Shown here piece after piece: positions 51,585-64,000 of a stretch of 64,000 nt of DNA. Each line of letters begins with the position of its first letter. The first letter of the stretch is position 1. Under the pieces are notes generated by a model. The model had not been told where the DNA came from. It searched no databases and worked only from the letters and a program-made list of their open reading frames with translations. This DNA is from Macrostomum hystrix (taxonomy: Eukaryota > Animalia > Platyhelminthes). The translations under genes were made by a program, and so were the position numbers. The stretch lies in NCBI GenBank assembly GCA_950097015.1, contig CATNEN010000039.1, forward strand, positions 372,001 to 436,000. The letters are read 5' to 3'.

Positions 51585-51714
51585 GAAATTGAAGATACTA
51601 ACTCCAGCCGGAGAGCTGCCAGGCGAAATTGAAGATACTAACTCCAGCCGGAGAGCCGCCGGGCGAAATTGAAGGTTCTAACTCCAGCCGAGAGCCGCCG
51701 GGCGAAAATGAAGG
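51585..51714. repeat. 40-bp tandem repeat x3
   Basis: GAAATTGAAGATACTAACTCCAGCCGGAGAGC(T/C)GCC(A/G)GGC at 51585, 51625, 51665. Confidence 0.85.
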
Positions 51715-52878
51715 TACTTAGTTTGAACTAGAAGTTTAAAACCAATATTATACGCTCGTATAATATTGCATTATGCATATAATATAGAATACTAGCAAAT
51801 GAATACAAGTAATCAGTGCCACTAAAATAATATCATTGCCATCGGCAAGAATTCAGTAAAATAATACTTTCTTGGGTGGTTAAAAAAATTCACTGCCGTT
51901 TACTATTATAGTCAGTGCAAGCAAAGGAGAAATTGTCCTGAGCTTTAATTAAGTCCTCAAACTAAACTCAGAACCAGGAAGATCAGAGCACGAAATGGAA
52001 ACGGGTGGAGTCGTTAATTTATTCAGTTCGCCGACACTGCAGTCTGTAAAAATTCATTCATCCCGAATGAGATGCGGCAGCAGTGCAGTAGAATTGGCAG
52101 TTTAAAGATAGCTCACATCATTCAAAAGAAGAAGACCTACAATCCGGGTTAAGCACCAGTAACTGAATGAGTGTCACAAGAGCTCCACGTGGCACGATTT
52201 CTGTAAAATCAGGCACTCGCGCCCACCAGTGCTTGCAACAAGTGATGCCAGATATATTAGTAGGTACTCTGCGAAATATATGACAAAACAGACAGGAAAA
52301 TAATTTCTATACTCAACACCAAAAAGCAGACATCGAAATCAACGAGTCGATGGCACCAGTCACCAGAAATAACGGTACAAGTGCGAAAAATCCACTTGGG
52401 AGTCAAAAGCCAATCTTTAAAGGTATTTTATGCCGAGTTCACGATTCTAGTCAAATTTTACAAACAACGAAATCTTCGAGAAACAATTACAAAAAGTCTA
52501 TATATGCTACTATTAGTAGACTAAAGCATTGCAAACAACGCTGAAAATCCGTTGCAAGCTCAGATTATAAGAATAAAACACCACCAATTATCTGATATTG
52601 AGTACTGATAGAGCATGGGTGGCTTAGGACACAGCCCTGAATGTGTGATGGCTAGCGGGATTGCTCAGCTTCTATGCGAGTGTGACCAGCTCAACTGAGC
52701 ACGGAAAAGGCAGGTTAGATCAATAAAGAGAAAGGCAGAAAATGCTGCATCATAGGGCAGTATCAGGTGAGGTGCTGCAGTGCAGGACAGTGTCAGGTGA
52801 GGCGCTGCAGCCTAGTCACTGCCAAATAAAGGTCTGCTGATCAGCACATCTAAGAGCGCCAGCCTGGAGCACATGTAT

Positions 52879-55103
52879 TCAGTCGGGGTCAGTGGGGTTG
52901 GTGGCAGTCATTCGGGTTTGCACAAAGAGGCGCAGGGCGCGGTGTACGAACTCATACTGCTCATGAGAGTCGACCATGCCGCCGCGGTCAAGGCGCAGCT
53001 GGCAGACGGTCGCCAGGCAGTCGCAGCCGCCAGTTTCGCGCAGCTGTCGCACGCAGATGCAGATGGCGCAGAAGGTGCCGGTACGACCGAGACCAGCGCT
53101 GCAGTGCACAATGATAGGCGGTGGCTGTGCTAGGCAGTCCTCGGCCAGGGCGAGCAGGGAGGCCGCGCTGTCTGGGGACAGGTGGTCAGGCCAGCTGCGG
53201 AACCAGAAGTGCTCCAGCTCCAGCGCAGCCTCGTTGGCCGGGTGTTCGGCATGCTGGCAGATGAGGAAGAGGCGGTGATGGGGTTTACAGGAGTTTTGTT
53301 CCTAGTTCCTGAGCGCTTGAACAGCAATGTTCTCTACGGTGAGGCACTCACTGTGAGGCGCAGCAGCCGCCGCTGGTAGCCTGCCGGGCAGTCCTGCAGG
53401 TCGAGTAGCGCGGTTTCAAGCTGGCCGTGTCGCATGCGATCGCCGCAGTGCAGCGGGAAGTACAGGTGGCACTTGGGTCGCTCTCGCTCTACTAGGTCCG
53501 TGAGCATTACCACTGCGCTGGGCCGCTGCTCCCACACCATCTGCCAGAAGTCGGCCACCGTGTCAGCCAGCGGTCCCTGTAGGGAAGCCGACAATGGGGA
53601 GCGGGCTGTGAATGCCTTGAAGCCATACGCTCGTACTTTGCGCTCATACAATCCTACGCACCTGAGTTGCGATAAAGCACTTCTCTGCGCGGAAGGCACC
53701 ACGGAGAAAGTTGGCATTGATGTACTCATCCTGCCGGATTGTGACCCTGGTGTCTGCGTTGGGCACCATGGTGGGGTAACGGTTCTTGGGTGCCGCGCCT
53801 TCAGGCAGGTCACAGCGGCCGGCGTGGTGCATGGGCACGTCCCAGAACTCCTTGAACAGCGACTGCGGACTGGGGTCTGCCGCCAGCAGGTCTTCGGGTT
53901 TCAGCGGTCGGCTCAGCGACTTTAGCAGATCTCGCTCCTGCGCCCTCTCGGCTAGTGCGGACGGCTGAAGCCTCTGCTGTTGAGGCTGCTGGCTGGAGGA
54001 GGCCAGAGAAATGGTCAGGCTGGCCGATGAGCCGCGCCGCGATCCCAGCAGCCCCTTGCCTGCCTGCCTGCCTGGCGGCCGACCAAATTGGGGTGTCCCG
54101 CCAAATACAGCGCCACCGACAGGGCCAAGCACAGGCGGCTGCACTGGTCGCTCAATCAGTGCTGGCGGCCCCAGCGGTGGCATGGAAGCGCTGACGGCCG
54201 CCGCAGCTGATGATGTGGACTGGGGCGCAGTCGACAGTGGTAGGGATGGTGACAGCGAGGACTTTCGCTTGCGGCGGCAGCAGCAGAACCACTGCGGATG
54301 AGGAAGAGGTGCGGCTGGGATTCGTGGAGTGCACTGCTCTCGCCGCAATCACCCTGGTGACCGGCCAACCAATTGTACTGAGCACTGCTTACTGGCCAAC
54401 CAATTGTACTGAGCACTGCTTACTGGCCAACCAATTGTACTGAGCACTGCTTACTGGCAAACCAATTGTACTGAGCACTGCTTACTGGCAAACCAATTGT
54501 ACTGAGCACTGCTTACTGGCAAACCAATTGTACTGAGCACTGCTTACTGGCAAACCAATTGTACTGAGCACTGCTTACTGGCAAACCCATTTTACTAAGC
54601 ACTTCCGTGCATTAGGCAGGCAGTAGCAGCATGCATTAACAGCAGCAGCAGCCACTCAGCACCCACGTTGGCAGGCTGGCCATGGGGTGCTCTGGGGTTA
54701 GGCATCGTAGAGAATGCTGCGGTGACGAGGCTAGTAAACAGTGGGACTCTAATACTGACTATTACTGCTTACTTGCTTTTTACAAAATATACATACAACA
54801 AAAGTCCGATACACAACCGCATTGGTGCGGACTGAAAATGCGAATGGCATCTGGAGCAGTTGGTTTAAAACTTCAGGGACTCACCAGCAGCAGAATGAAA
54901 GCCAGTAGAAGCAGAGCGGAGGCAACAGCTAGCATTGGCGCCAGCCATTGTGGAGGCTGCCAAGCCCGGCTGGCGGCCGCAGGCGGCGGTCCTTCAGCCA
55001 AAGCCAGGCGCATGCCAGGCCGCCGCACTTGTCGCCGTACCGCTTCGTCAGCAGCAGCGGTCGCAGGGTGGGCGCCAGTGGTAGCGTGACGGCAGAGGCT
55101 CAG
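52879..55103 (-). CDS. KIM-containing transmembrane protein tyrosine phosphatase (PTPRR/PTPN5/PTPN7 family)
   Basis: Exons ~54885-55103 (TM MLAVASALLLLAFILLL), 53662-54291 (WFCCCRRKRK; KIM LLGSRRGSSASLTISL; KNRY; YINAN; IATQ), 53352-53576 (GP..DFWQMVWEQ), 52879-53253 (WPDH, VHCSAGLGRTG). Additional upstream exons are possible near 57313-57447. Confidence 0.92.
54362..54602. repeat. 31-bp minisatellite in PTP intron, ~8 copies
   Basis: Unit GGCCAACCAATTGTACTGAGCACTGCTTACT. Confidence 0.95.
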
Positions 55104-55230
55104 CTATCGAGTGCTGAAATGGCAGGCAGAGAAGGCTCGGGTCACGTTTGGGATTCAGAGATTCAGAGTGATCAGCCACTTACCTGGTAAGGGGCTTTTC
55201 CCACGTATTTTAACCTCAGTTGGGGTGGTC

Positions 55231-56571
55231 TAGGGGTGTTCGGGTTTTTTCGGGATCGAGGTAGTCCCGAATTCTTAATAAAGCGATTCATCAAAATTGT
55301 CCTGCAAGAACATTAACTTCATGAGGGATAAGCTCGACAGACTGCTACGCTCTTTCCGTTTTAAAAAACCTGCCGCGCTGAAGGCGCACTCCAAGTGGAC
55401 GGAGGTTGCCGGTGCTGTGAGATACAGCTTGGCGAGCTCAGCTAGCTCAGGATGGGTTGGCAGAGTTTGTTTTCCAGAATTCATTGACTGGGGTCTGATA
55501 GCTCTGCTGTGCTACACTCTGGTACAGCGATAGTTGATCAGCTATCAGCGACGATTCTCCTTCTTGGAGGTCGCTATGCAATAAACTATTCACCAAGTGG
55601 TTCAATCCACACAGCAACAGTGAAAAAATCTTACTTTTAAATTTTCTGCATTTCTTCATTCTTCATTAAATTATTGCTTACTTAAAATATTAATTTTTTT
55701 GTTACTAGCTTTGTTTTAATTTAACTAATAAAACATATTTTTAGCTACTCATTTACATATTTTAGCTATTTAGATATTCTTTAAATTTTGAGACAATTAA
55801 GTCTTTTCGCTTTCGAAAAAACAGTTAACAATACAGGCACTCGCGCGTAAAATGTTAGGAAATTGTCTTACTTTATTTTTCGCTATTGTTACGGAAAACT
55901 TGTTAACCCCGATGCAAAACACCGAACCCGAACTCCGTACCCGACTCGGACACCCTACCCCGCCACCCGAACCCGGTGCTGAAACCCGACACGACCCCGA
56001 ACCCGAACTCCGTACCCGACTCGGACACCCTACCCCGCCACCCGAACCCGGTGCTAAAACCCGACACGACCCCGAACCCGAACTCCGTACCCGACTCGGA
56101 CACCCTACCCCGCCACCCGAACCTGGTGCTAAAACCCGACACGACCCCGAACCCGAACTCCGTACCCGACTCGGACACCCTACCCCGCCACCCGAACCCG
56201 GTGCTAAAACCCGACACGACCCCGAACCCGAACTCCGTACCCGACTCGGACACCCTACCCCGCCACCCGAACCCGGTGCTAAAACCCGACACGACCCCGA
56301 ACCCGAACTCCGTACCCGACTCGGACACCCTACCCCGCCACCCGAACCCGGTGCTAAAACCCGACTCGGACACCCTACCCCGCCACCCGAACCTGGTGCT
56401 AAAACCCGACTCGGACACCCTACCCCGCCACCCGAACCCGGTGCTAAAACCCGACTCGGACACCCTACTTCGCCACCCGAACCTGGTGCTAAAACCCGAC
56501 TCGGACACCCTACCCCGCCACCCGAACCCGGTGCTAAAACCCGACACGACGCCGAACCCCGAACACCACTA
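55231..56571 (-). mobile_element. Internally deleted hAT transposon with subterminal tandem arrays
   Basis: TIRs TAGGGGTGTTCGGG / CCCGAACACCACTA with imperfect 8-bp flanks (GGGTGGTC / GGCTGGCC). hAT dimerization remnant FWK..HPELAELAKLYLTAPATSVHLECAFSAAG..RSSL (55275-55560). Arrays of 75-bp and 45-bp CCCGA-rich units at 55920-56560. Confidence 0.85.
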
Positions 56572-58091
56572 GGCTGGCCGCATGCTGATCAGTGCTGCAC
56601 AATATTTGGGCAATATCGTATACTGTCGGTGGCCTCAGACTTGTGGGTAGAAAAAGCATTTGCTCTCACTAAAATCTTGCGCTATCAGATCTTTACATTA
56701 ACTGGTCACTCAGCAAAGTGCAGGGAGGGTCTTTGCAGAACTGAGAATGCAGTGGCTTAGCGGACCGCCATCCAGACGGCTTTAGCAACTGGCTGCAGAG
56801 ATAAGGCGCCAAGACTCAGTCCCGTACTGGGCGGCTCCAGTTTACATCCAGAATCCCTCGGAACACATTGAGAAAATGAAGGGTCAGAGGTCCGAGGTGC
56901 CACCAAAAGCAAATAATTACCTTGGGAACGTAGTCTACGAGTATTAAAACTTCGAGCTCGAGTTACCAGTTCAGTGAGAAGAGCAGGAATAAAGCGGCAT
57001 CACCTAGCAACATTTTAGTGGTCCAGTTTTGAGCGTTTAACAGTATTAACTGTACCGAGCTGATTCGGCAGGCTTCTTTAGAACGACGGGGTAACAGAAA
57101 ACTGCCGTCATAATAGCGTATATGGTTGGGGGCCCTGTGCTAGAGATGGTGGAGACGGGGTCGCTAATGTCTTTTATAAAGCCACTAAACATCTAACATC
57201 ATACACCAAATACTAAAAGTACCAGCTACATTGCACTGAGAACCATCTGCTCATCGGATGCAATGGGCAAATATGCTCAAGTTTACAGAATCTTCTCGGC
57301 TGTTTTTAAGAACCTGCGAGCAGTGAGCGCATGCAGGTTGACTCAGATAAGCCAGACAGAGCTCACAGACGGGCAGGCGGCTGCTCAGCGGACCCCGCAG
57401 CAAGCTAGTGTGCTGCTCAGTTGCGAGCTCTGCGGTGTATCCGTCAACTGAACAACGCACTACCTCACTGCGAGAGAGCCGGATTTGCTGAAGCCTTAAG
57501 AAGCGCTTTCGGAAACAGACAGAACCGAATAAGGCAAGGCAAGACATTTAAGAAAGCGGCCAAGCTGGCCTTTTATCGGCTTGCAGATGGCCGACTCAGA
57601 CAGAACAGTCAGGCCGGAGTGTGCTTGGTTGGCTGGCAGGGTAGAGGGGTTGTAGAAGGCTGCTGAACTGTACAAGCAAGCTCAGAAAATGCATCGGCAG
57701 AAGAAAATCTGAATTCTGAAGCTTCTGCAAGGCTTGGCACTAAGGCTAGAATTACTTAGGAAATGAAGCAAATTTGTCACACGGTAAGAAGCTGAGTGCA
57801 AGAACAAAGGAAATGGCATAGCCAGAGACCATGGCAGTCTGGCGAACACGCCTCCTGAGGCTGACAAGCACCAGGCCTGCAGTTGCCTGGTAGGAATCTG
57901 GAGCACCTTGCGGAGTGTGAGAAATCCAAAATGACAGGGGCCAAGTGACTGCGCAACTGCCACATTTCTGAACCTTTCTACCAGTTCTAGGGAAACACAA
58001 TGCAAAAGCACTGTCAGATGATTTGCTAGTAATTACTGAGCCTGAACCTCAGCCTGATTCTGACAGCATTTCAGCACTGATTTAAATATGA

Positions 58092-58428
58092 CCAAATTGG
58101 CGAGCCAAGCATTTCAGCAGCAGTCAGAATCAAACAAAGATGGCAAGCCAAGCATTTCAGCAGCAGTCTGAATCAAACAAAGATGGCAAGCCAAGCATTT
58201 CAGCAGCAGTCAGAATCAAACAAAATTGGCAAGCCAAGCATTTCAGCAGCAGTCTGAATCAAACAAAATTGGCAAGCCGAGCATTTCAGCAGCAGTCAGA
58301 ATCAAACAAAATTGGCAAGCCAAGCATTTCAGCAGCAGTCAGAATCAAACAAAATTGGCAAGCCGAGCATTTCAGCAGCAGTCTGAATCAAACAAAGATG
58401 GCAAGCCAAGCATTTCAGCAGCAGTCAA
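58092..58428. repeat. 43-bp minisatellite, ~8 copies
   Basis: Unit CAAGCATTTCAGCAGCAGTCAGAATCAAACAAAATTGGCAAGC. Confidence 0.95.
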
Positions 58429-59371
58429 AAAGATTTGATTACAAAGAAACATTGCTTATAAATAAAATCAAACTTTAAAGTGAAAATCTTAAAAAATACT
58501 TGCTAAATAACAAACACTGCATAAAAAGTAGCTATCAAGCTCTAGTTGGTTTTTTTCCAGAGACATTAGAAAGTCAGTAAAATAAAACTAAAAAATATGC
58601 ATGAATGGCTACTATAGACAAATAAAAAGTTCTTTGCTAAGCTACTAGACAAATAGCTATATGTAATCAGTATGGTAACTATGTAATTGAAAGTTACTAG
58701 TTCATTAAATAATTTATTTATTTCTTTTATATCTTTTTATTTAGCAATAGTATACAAAAATACATAACACTATATGAATAAATGAACACTAAAAATAGCT
58801 TTAAACATCAACTAGCACCTAAAACTTTTGCTCTAGTTTATTCCTAGCTATAGTTGCAACTTGTCCTATAGTCATTTGGTCATTCAAGATTATCCAAATC
58901 AGTCTTATTCCCATTATCATTATCTTACATAGAACACACAAGACAACTTCAGACTATAGGTTGTCTAGGCCTAGCTATTCAAAGAGTAGGCTCTAGAAGT
59001 GCAGAGTCTTGAAGTAAAAAGTAAGCAATAGCTTAACTTTGATACCTGTGTTGGCATCTTTCTTGCTTACTAAAGGTGCCTTAGGCTGTTGCAGCCTTTT
59101 GAGCTATATAGCTATACCTAAAATTCATTCCACATTCACACAAAATATTCAAATTTTTCATGTTCTAAATAGGGATGTGACCAAAACTGTTTACACCAGT
59201 TTATACACCAAGACTCAAAGTTTTATCTGGCTTTACTCTAAAGAAGAAAGGTTACCACATTTCTCTTTTCTAAAGTAGAGCTCTATGTAAGTGCTAATAT
59301 AGATTAATGAAGGCCTAGGGCTATCAACAATTTAAATACCTAGCTGTTGAGTGTTGAGTCCAATAATATAA

Positions 59372-60155
59372 GGAAGTGCTTATTCCCACAGTCCTGTGCC
59401 GATAATTTAAATTTTATCCACACAGATCCATGCCGATAATTTTCTGCTTATCCACAAAGCAGCTTATATGAATAGGTCTACTTTCAAGTCCCTACCTATT
59501 CTTCTCTGAGCATAAGGCTTTTGCTTCAGAGTATAGTGTATAGTGTACACTATCAATGCATAGTGTAAAAGAATAACAATGATGTATATATTTAATATGT
59601 GTGATGAGTTTGGTGCTGACTAGAATTATGCTGGTTGACTCGTATGATTTTCTTTGATAGACTTTTTACTTTTTAAGTCAATACAATTTGAATGAAAACA
59701 TGTAACGATGACAAAAGATTTTGTGAGTTGTTATTAAAATAATTAAAAAGGATGACATTAATGCCGGTTAATGAATGTGTAGGTTGAAATGTAGAACATT
59801 GTCGTAACACACTGGCAACTTTGTTGATCTATTGGCTCGAGGGTTCAACAAAAGGTTCAAACCTGAAAGGGCCTCATTTCAAAGAACAAAACCATGTGGA
59901 TAAAATTGAAATTAATGGCATGGCATATTTATATAAAGAGTTTTAGACCTATTCATACAAGCTGCCGTGTGGTTAAGCAGAAAATTATCGGCACGGCTCC
60001 ATGTGGATAAAATTGAAATTAATGACCCAGCATATATAAAGAGTTGTAGACCTATTCATACAAGCAGCCATGTGGATAAGCAGAAAATTATCGGCATGGA
60101 TCCGTGTTGATAAAATTGAAATTATCGGCATGGGACCGTGGGAATAAGCTCTGCC
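59372..60155. mobile_element. Mutator/foldback-like non-autonomous element
   Basis: ~110-bp imperfect TIRs (GCTTATTCCCAC..GCCGATAATTT..GAATAGGTCTAC and its reverse complement), a perfect 9-bp TSD ATAATATAA (59363-59371, 60156-60164), and an internal duplication of the right TIR. Confidence 0.85.
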
Positions 60156-62929
60156 ATAATATAATGCCCAGCTGTGTGTGCATTGTGCATGACTTTTATG
60201 CATTGTTTGAGTTCTTGAACAAAAGCCTGGATATAACAGGCCAGAATAACTAGGCTTATAAATAGTAATTTAAATAAAGCACTTTCACTCAAGAATGGCC
60301 AAGAATTTCCAATAATTATGAACCCAGTAATAATTTTATTTTAAGAATTGTTTCCTAGACATTTAAAATTTAACATTTAATATTCCCACAAACATTTTAA
60401 AGCTCTGATCAATATAGTAAAGTTTATTTAGTAAGCAAATCAATGGGACATGGGATATACAAGTTACAATGTCACAATATGTTGACATTATGCTTTTCAA
60501 TACTTTACATTTTTGCTTTAGTATATTTGTATGTATATTTATTAATTATGCCACCGCTATAGCGATGTTTTCTAACATGCTTTCTTATGATTATTAATAT
60601 CAATATATGTATAGATTAGAATATGATTGTTTTGTTGTACATGAACATTTTATCTGCGCTCGAGTGTAACATATGTATCCATACAATAGGTTAGTCAATT
60701 AATATATATATTATATTGATTACGATGTTCACACAACCCCGCCTTGGTTCGGCACACACAAAAGCAACATTTCCAAGTTATGACAGGGGCCAAATTTTTT
60801 CAAGTTTTGTTTGATATTTTATTAGAAAGCAAAATTTCGAAAATTTGGAAAAAGTTTCAACGACTAAAAATACGAGCGTTGTACTGAGAATGTTTCTTGT
60901 GTTTCTGTTTAACGTATTGTTATAGCACATTTTTACAATTTTACCATGGGCGATGGCTTTGTCATGACTGTCGCTGCATGGAGTTCCATTGCCACTGCTG
61001 CTGGACCTGGCCGCCTATGTGAGCGCACGTGCAGCTGTCGAACCCGGTATATGCAGTCCAAGAAGTCAGTATGTATGGTCAGTCCATCCGGACCAAACGA
61101 GGTCGAAGACTGGCATCGGCGACTCAAGCAGCGAGCCGAGAGTGCAGCAGAGAGCACAGGAGCGTCAGCACCGAGCACGGTATGAGCGGCTGCCGACGCG
61201 AGTCGAGACCTATACTATACTGCTGGGTGAAGTATCGAGTGTGACTTATCCGAGCCTTTTTGCACTGCTGTGCGCGCCTTGACCAAATCCCTAATTAGTT
61301 TGAGCACAGGCAGCAGCAGCAGCAGTGAATAACAGTTAGTAGAATATCTTTTTTATTCGCCCCTGACAATTTTTGTGCTGCCCCCGAACGGAGCAACGCA
61401 AAGCACACGAAACTCAAGAATACGGGATAACTTTTTGTAGCGCATCTTCTGAAACAAGAATCAAGTCGTCAGCTCTTCAGACCTTCGAGATATTCATTGG
61501 TTCTGGCCGCAGGTCTAGTTGTCATCTAGAATTTCGATCCATGCAAGTTTCATTTTTTCCATGGATTTATCGATACTTTAATGATGCTACTTTTGTAAAT
61601 ATACAATGTTTTTTACCATGTGTGTAACATCCATTTTATTCAGGGACTACATAATAGCTTCATTTTACTAGATGCTCCTTTCCCTACTAAAGCCAACAAA
61701 ACAGCCAGCTATATAATACTTTAAAGATGGCCATCCATAAGAAATTTTGCATGATTTGCCTAGAATTCTGATCCCGGTAGTTTAAGAAGTCCCTGCTACA
61801 GGCGGATTCCGAATAACACACTACGCGTGGTGTACTATGAAATACAAGGTGAGCTGGAAGAAATACTTCCTCCAGGGAGTGCCTGCGCTGGTCATTTGAC
61901 TTGACCGCAGGACTATCTATTGAATCAGTCTATACAAAGTGGCATAAGCTGTTGCTGAAGGATCGAAAAAGCATATAGCGAAAAATGTCAATTACGAGTA
62001 TATACTTACGAGTATATATGGTCATTGTTCCGGAAAAAACCCAACCACTCCGCAAATACTTGACCATGAGTTGACAGAGTACGCAGTAAAGCAGTTTGTT
62101 GGAACTTGACCTCACCGACCACCACTGGCGAAACGGAGAGCTGAGCGTCAGTGTAGCTGACTACCTTTTTTGAGACTCTACAAAACGCATGCAAATTAAG
62201 GCTCGAAGCCATGTAAATCAATCCACTAAAGATAGAAGATATGCCAGAGACATCCGAGGTGAGGGAAATATCTGGCGAGGGACATGCGAATCATTTACGG
62301 TACACTAGACCCTACCTGCGGCGGCGTCACAGATTTAGCAAATTCAATCAAAACGGCCATTTTCGAGTCCCTGAGACAGCTCATAACTACAGAAAGTACA
62401 ACAGTTACTACCGCGATCGCAACTACAAACACGTCGAACTCAACAGCCGCGGAAATAGAGTATGATTCGGCAAGCAGTTGGTTTACAAGAGGCGGCGGGA
62501 CACTCGCAGCCATGGCTGGTACGGTCAAGACCGATCGCTACCTCTTGCTGAGAACCGCTCGCTGAGTCACCACATCGGTTTCTATGGCGCCCGCCGTTAG
62601 TGCGAACATCAGCGGCAAGATCGAAGTGGACGGGGGAGAATCGGAGCGGAGTGGGCTCCTGTCTTCTGTTATCCTACCTTGCGATTGTCGAACTACTTAA
62701 CTCTAGAATTCAGCCGAATCCCGCTTTGCATTCATTCATTTTTCAGTTGTTATTCTTCTCTCATTTGCTACCTATTTATTTCAATAAGGAACACGTCAGT
62801 CAGCAACGCAGAATTTAACTCCCAAACGCGTCAGCTAGCACAGGGCAGTTGGCACTCGTTAAAACACACAAGGGGAAGACAGCTAATTATTTCCAGATGG
62901 CCTGACTATTAACGGTGTTTCACGGAGGT

Positions 62930-64000
62930 CTACTAGTTGTTTCACTGAGCAGCGGGGAAATAGACATTGTTTTCTTATGCGAAACACGTAGCAAGCACGA
63001 TGCATCGGATGCTAATCTACACCCAAGTTTCTTTCATCAGCTTCGGAGCAGATGAAGTAAAAAGGAGGGGAATTAACAGGGTTTGGCTTTCGAACGGGAC
63101 AGCATTTTTAGTTAAAAAATCTCTGTTGAGAATGGTCTCTCTGACACAAAGTGAGTTTTCATTGGTTCTTAAGATAAATCAATCATCAAACTCTGATCCC
63201 ATTCATTATTATTATCGGGTGCTATGCGCCCCCGGAAATCTCCAAATACTACAAAGAAATTTGATTGATATCAAGAACATCATTCCGATGTGTTCTGGGG
63301 ATGGAATAGTACCCACTGTTGGTGACTTCAATGCGACGACTGGGTTCCAAAATATGACTCCAAATTCCTAAATCAAGCCAGGATTCTGGGAATAATAATC
63401 ACGGCCTACACTTTTTAGAGATGTGCTGTGAGACCAAATCGATAATATTAAATGGAGCAACAGAGGGTGACATATTTGTGCCCTGGGGCGCATCACCATC
63501 GATTATGCTTTGGTTTCCTCAGATAGCCTTGACATTGTGGACGACCTATTTATTCACCCGCAGAGCTTGCTCTCAAAAGCATTGTCCCTAAACTGTCATC
63601 TTGCGAATGCGTAACCCGGTTTCATTGCATAACGAACACGAATTTTCAGCTGAAAACTTTCAAAAGACGCCATTATGGTACCCTGATAGGCAGCAACAGA
63701 AAATCGATTCTCTTAAGACTAGAAGTTGAGGTTTTATTCAAGACAGTCTAGACTGGGGAGAAGCAGAAGAGAGTAAGTAACTCGTTTGTTGAACAGCTTT
63801 CATCAAAACTAAACAAATTGCTGCAAGAGTCAACCATAGTGGGTGAAACAAAGAAGCTAATTCCCAACAAGTTTCGGTTCATTGAAGAAAACGCTGAGAG
63901 ATTTAGCTAAATCCTTAAAATATGTAGCAAGGAAAAAAGGCAAAAGCCAGAAGATAGATTGTTGGCAACTGAGCATGAAGATCTTGTAAAGAATTACCGA
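62930..64000 (+). mobile_element. Degenerate LINE, AP-endonuclease region (continues beyond window)
   Basis: Frameshifted motifs VGDFNA.TG (~63320), IILNGATEGD and TIDYALVS (~63440-63520). Confidence 0.7.

Noticed and set aside
1246-54602. Idea that all intronic arrays share a sense-strand purine bias
   Set aside because: Inconsistent: G/A-rich in the AKAP13-like and HELZ2-like introns, but C-rich in the IDH3A and RNF introns.
55852-56760. Pro-rich 302-aa ORF
   Set aside because: Translation of the subterminal arrays of a hAT element.
60946-61282. Cys-rich short ORFs (CRCMEFHCHCC) suggestive of an IBR/RING fragment
   Set aside because: In-frame stop, wrong spacing and no supporting exons.

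Overview
Eukaryotic (metazoan) genomic DNA with GT-AG introns. GC-rich exons alternate with AT-rich, transposon-filled blocks, and about 15 unrelated minisatellite arrays are present. The style resembles the free-living flatworm Macrostomum lignano; this is an inference and is not verified. Genes were assembled by hand from ORFs and splice sites: the 5' part of an AKAP13/ARHGEF28-like RhoGEF (-, runs off the window start), an RNF115/RNF126-like RING-H2 E3 (+), a ~2100-aa HELZ2-like RNB exoribonuclease/UPF1-type helicase (+), a small secreted single-pass Cys-rich protein (+), a tightly packed minus-strand run (unknown membrane protein, KIF6, IDH3A, DM9-repeat protein), and a KIM-containing receptor-type tyrosine phosphatase (-). 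Mobile DNA includes Crypton, Gypsy, Tc1, two mariner, two hAT, a Helitron with STPR repeats, PIF-, Mutator- and TA-type MITEs, and two LINE remnants. Best leads: (1) a candidate SL-trans-spliced operon whose intercistronic spacers are each a different minisatellite; (2) a 'half' HELZ2 with a canonical RNase II active site; (3) a KIM-PTP with Asp replacing the conserved Q-loop Gln; (4) a minisatellite that is a ~14x amplification of a gene's own last 47 coding nt including the stop codon. All coordinates were read by eye and may be off by a few bases. No searches were run.
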